The position numbers and the translations under genes are program-made. From NCBI RefSeq assembly GCF_964204645.1, contig NC_134028.1:13895653-13959652 (forward strand): a DNA stretch of 64,000 bases, written 5' to 3'. The notes below the pieces were generated by a model. That model was not told the DNA's origin and searched no databases. It saw nothing but the letters and a program-made list of their open reading frames with translations. This DNA is from Tubulanus polymorphus. Lineage: Eukaryota; Animalia; Nemertea. Positions 61,705 to 64,000 of this stretch are shown here, in pieces; the stretch's first letter is position 1, and each line of letters starts with the position of its first letter.

Positions 61705-64000
61705 CTACGGCCGATAATCTGGCAATCGTGGATATTGGTGAGCTACATTATCAGATGTATCATGAACCTCATAACTATTCGGAGCCTCAACCTCCCGAAC
61801 CAACGGGATGGATCTGTGACCATCAGGATTTACCATCAGCGGGATCAACAGAACATGGTGCTTTGTGTATAATCTTAAGGAAGATGGAGATTTTATTAAT
61901 AAAGAAACCTGTCTATAGGGCGAATACTTCACGGCTATCTTATCTTGCAAATCCACACTTTTACTTTCATAATAGATTTTACAGGGAACCACTCACTGGA
62001 AAGTAATAAATAATCTAAAGAAATGCGACGCACAATCTTTCTTTCTAAGAGCCGGTGAATCCATAATAGATTCGTTCCCAGGACATGTAGCCACATCTAT
62101 CAGTGGAAGTAAAATGCACCGCTTAGAATCAGATATTTCTAGAATGACTTCTGATTTACAACTGTCCACTAAATGTTGTCTACCCCTTAAGAAAGATATT
62201 ATGGGCATAAAATCAGAATACAAAAAATGTAATGCACAGTACAATACGGCCACTTAAACAAACGTATCCAGTGATCTGTCGTATTCCACATCAGCCAATG
62301 CGTGACTAACGTTAGCGCTTGTTTAAAGGAAAGAAATAGTTCTAGTTTAATCAATTATTGTCGCACCAACCCTTGGGACTCCTTGATGAACTAATGCAAC
62401 CAAGGGAAAAAGTGCTCCTGGATTAAACCGCATCATAAAGAAAAGATAAACTGTCATAGCAATAGTGACTATACTAAGTATAGTTGGTATGGATAGTATC
62501 TCTATAGACGATGGCGAAAAAGACGACTCTAGTCTATCATTAGCAAGTTCCTGCTTTAAGGCTTCTGCCTTTGATGAAAATAATTTAACATTTTCCGTTG
62601 CTAATTTCTTCACGTCAGCAGAATACTTCGTATCTTTGGCTGCAACCGTGTCCCAGGACCCTTTATCAAATTTAAACGTCGGCATTTGAACCTTTGGTGC
62701 CTCAGCCAATTCATTACCCCGAATCGCTTCAATGATAGAGCAGAAACACGGAATACTCATGACACACAGTTTACACGCCGTTACTGACTTCACTTGTCTG
62801 TTAAAACAATGCATTGTCCATACCTAATCACTTGAAGAAAGAAGATAACGGCCATCTGAAAGTTCATAACTCCCCTCAAATAATAAAGCTTCCTCATATC
62901 GAATATCACGTAATTTCATAAACTCATCCGGCTGATCCCAAAATAAAGCCGAATCACAAATCAATTTATTTCTGGAATTGAGAGATTTAGCAGTCGAACA
63001 AATCTTTAAATCCCTCCCCTGACAGGATAACAAAAAATCACTATTGAATGTAGTATAGTACTCGCTATCCCGAGTTACCGCCAAATACTGATGTAGACCA
63101 ACGATTTTAGTAGTGTTCGCGGTCGTTGCATTTGATGGTAATGGCAACGTGTCGATATGGTAAACATCCATAAGGCCTGCTATACTATGAATAGGAATGG
63201 CTATCGTGATATATGATATTTCTCAGTTTGAGTGAAAGTAATATCTCTCATCTGATAATTAAAGCTCGGCTGATTATGAGTGACCTTGAAACTAGGATGA
63301 TGGTCACTCAAAATGTCTTGGACATCATCAATAACCTTGCTAATTTGATCCGGGCCGACTAATGCAATGGGTAAAAAGGCATCCAGTAATAATTGGGTGG
63401 CTTGTAGAAAGCTCTCAGGGTGTCCAACCACAACACTAAACCTATACTGATAATCTACTAGATTCTTGAGCAGAATTGCCATAGAAGAAACAGTCACGTT
63501 CAATCGAGCTAACTTTTCTGCCAAAAATTTTCTGTGAATTTAGATACCTCTCTGAAAGGCTTTTATAAAAATCGTCAAATTTCTTCATCAGATCATGAGT
63601 CTGATTGATTGCTTCCATAGCATTATCTATTCTTTTACTCGTAGTGTTCATGAACGAATTTAAAGTTTTTCCTGCTTGAACTATCTGATCAGCCACAGCG
63701 CTTACCCCAGATTCAACCTTCAAAACGTACTGACGAAGGGCTTCAACGTCATCAACAGTAGCCGTGCCGAACAGAGATTTCATGAAATTCCTTACGGAAC
63801 TAAGAGCCGCGCGTTTTTTTCTGCCAGATAGGGTGACAGGAATCAAAGACTTAATCGTATCAATATTGGTCGTTGAACGAGTTCTAGTTTCTTTAATTTG
63901 TCCGGCCGTTCAGTTTATCAATGACTAAGTTCAACATACCGCACCGCACCCATTATACGGGTGGTCGTGGTGATGTCGTGGACAGCTCAATTGTGATATA
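61705..64000 (-). pseudogene. env: Second F-type env gene, frameshifted (decayed env-bearing Gypsy running off the window's right edge)
   Basis: RKKR-AALS..SLFGTAT, CQGRDLKIC, PCFCSI, TM segments; collinear with the env at 29407-32046. Confidence 0.85.

Overview
AT-rich animal (invertebrate-type) genomic DNA made almost entirely of nested mobile elements. It probably lies in introns of a minus-strand DUOX/animal-haem-peroxidase-like gene, of which one candidate exon is visible (10441-10661). Main contents: (1) two related Polinton/Maverick-like elements (1-3782 partial; 47861-59829 complete, 6-bp TSD AATATC) whose ends are fold-back hairpins and whose ORFs mostly start at TAAATG, plus a 907-bp non-autonomous relative with a 6-bp TSD; (2) a tandem/inverted composite repeat array (about 10.9-25.2 kb) with Helentron/HINE-like ends, nested MITEs and a solo LTR; (3) a BEL/Pao element interrupted by an L2/CR1-type LINE, itself interrupted by a near-intact Ty3/Gypsy element (gag, pol with chromodomain, F-type env). 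The Gypsy element's two 1083-bp LTRs are INVERTED, yet it has a clean 4-bp TSD and a 33-bp hairpin where the PPT and 3' LTR should be; (4) a second, decayed env-bearing Gypsy, and two Penelope-type hammerhead ribozymes. The inverted-LTR retroelement and the hairpin-ended Polinton-like element are the strongest candidates for undescribed systems. All calls come from manual reading; no searches were run.
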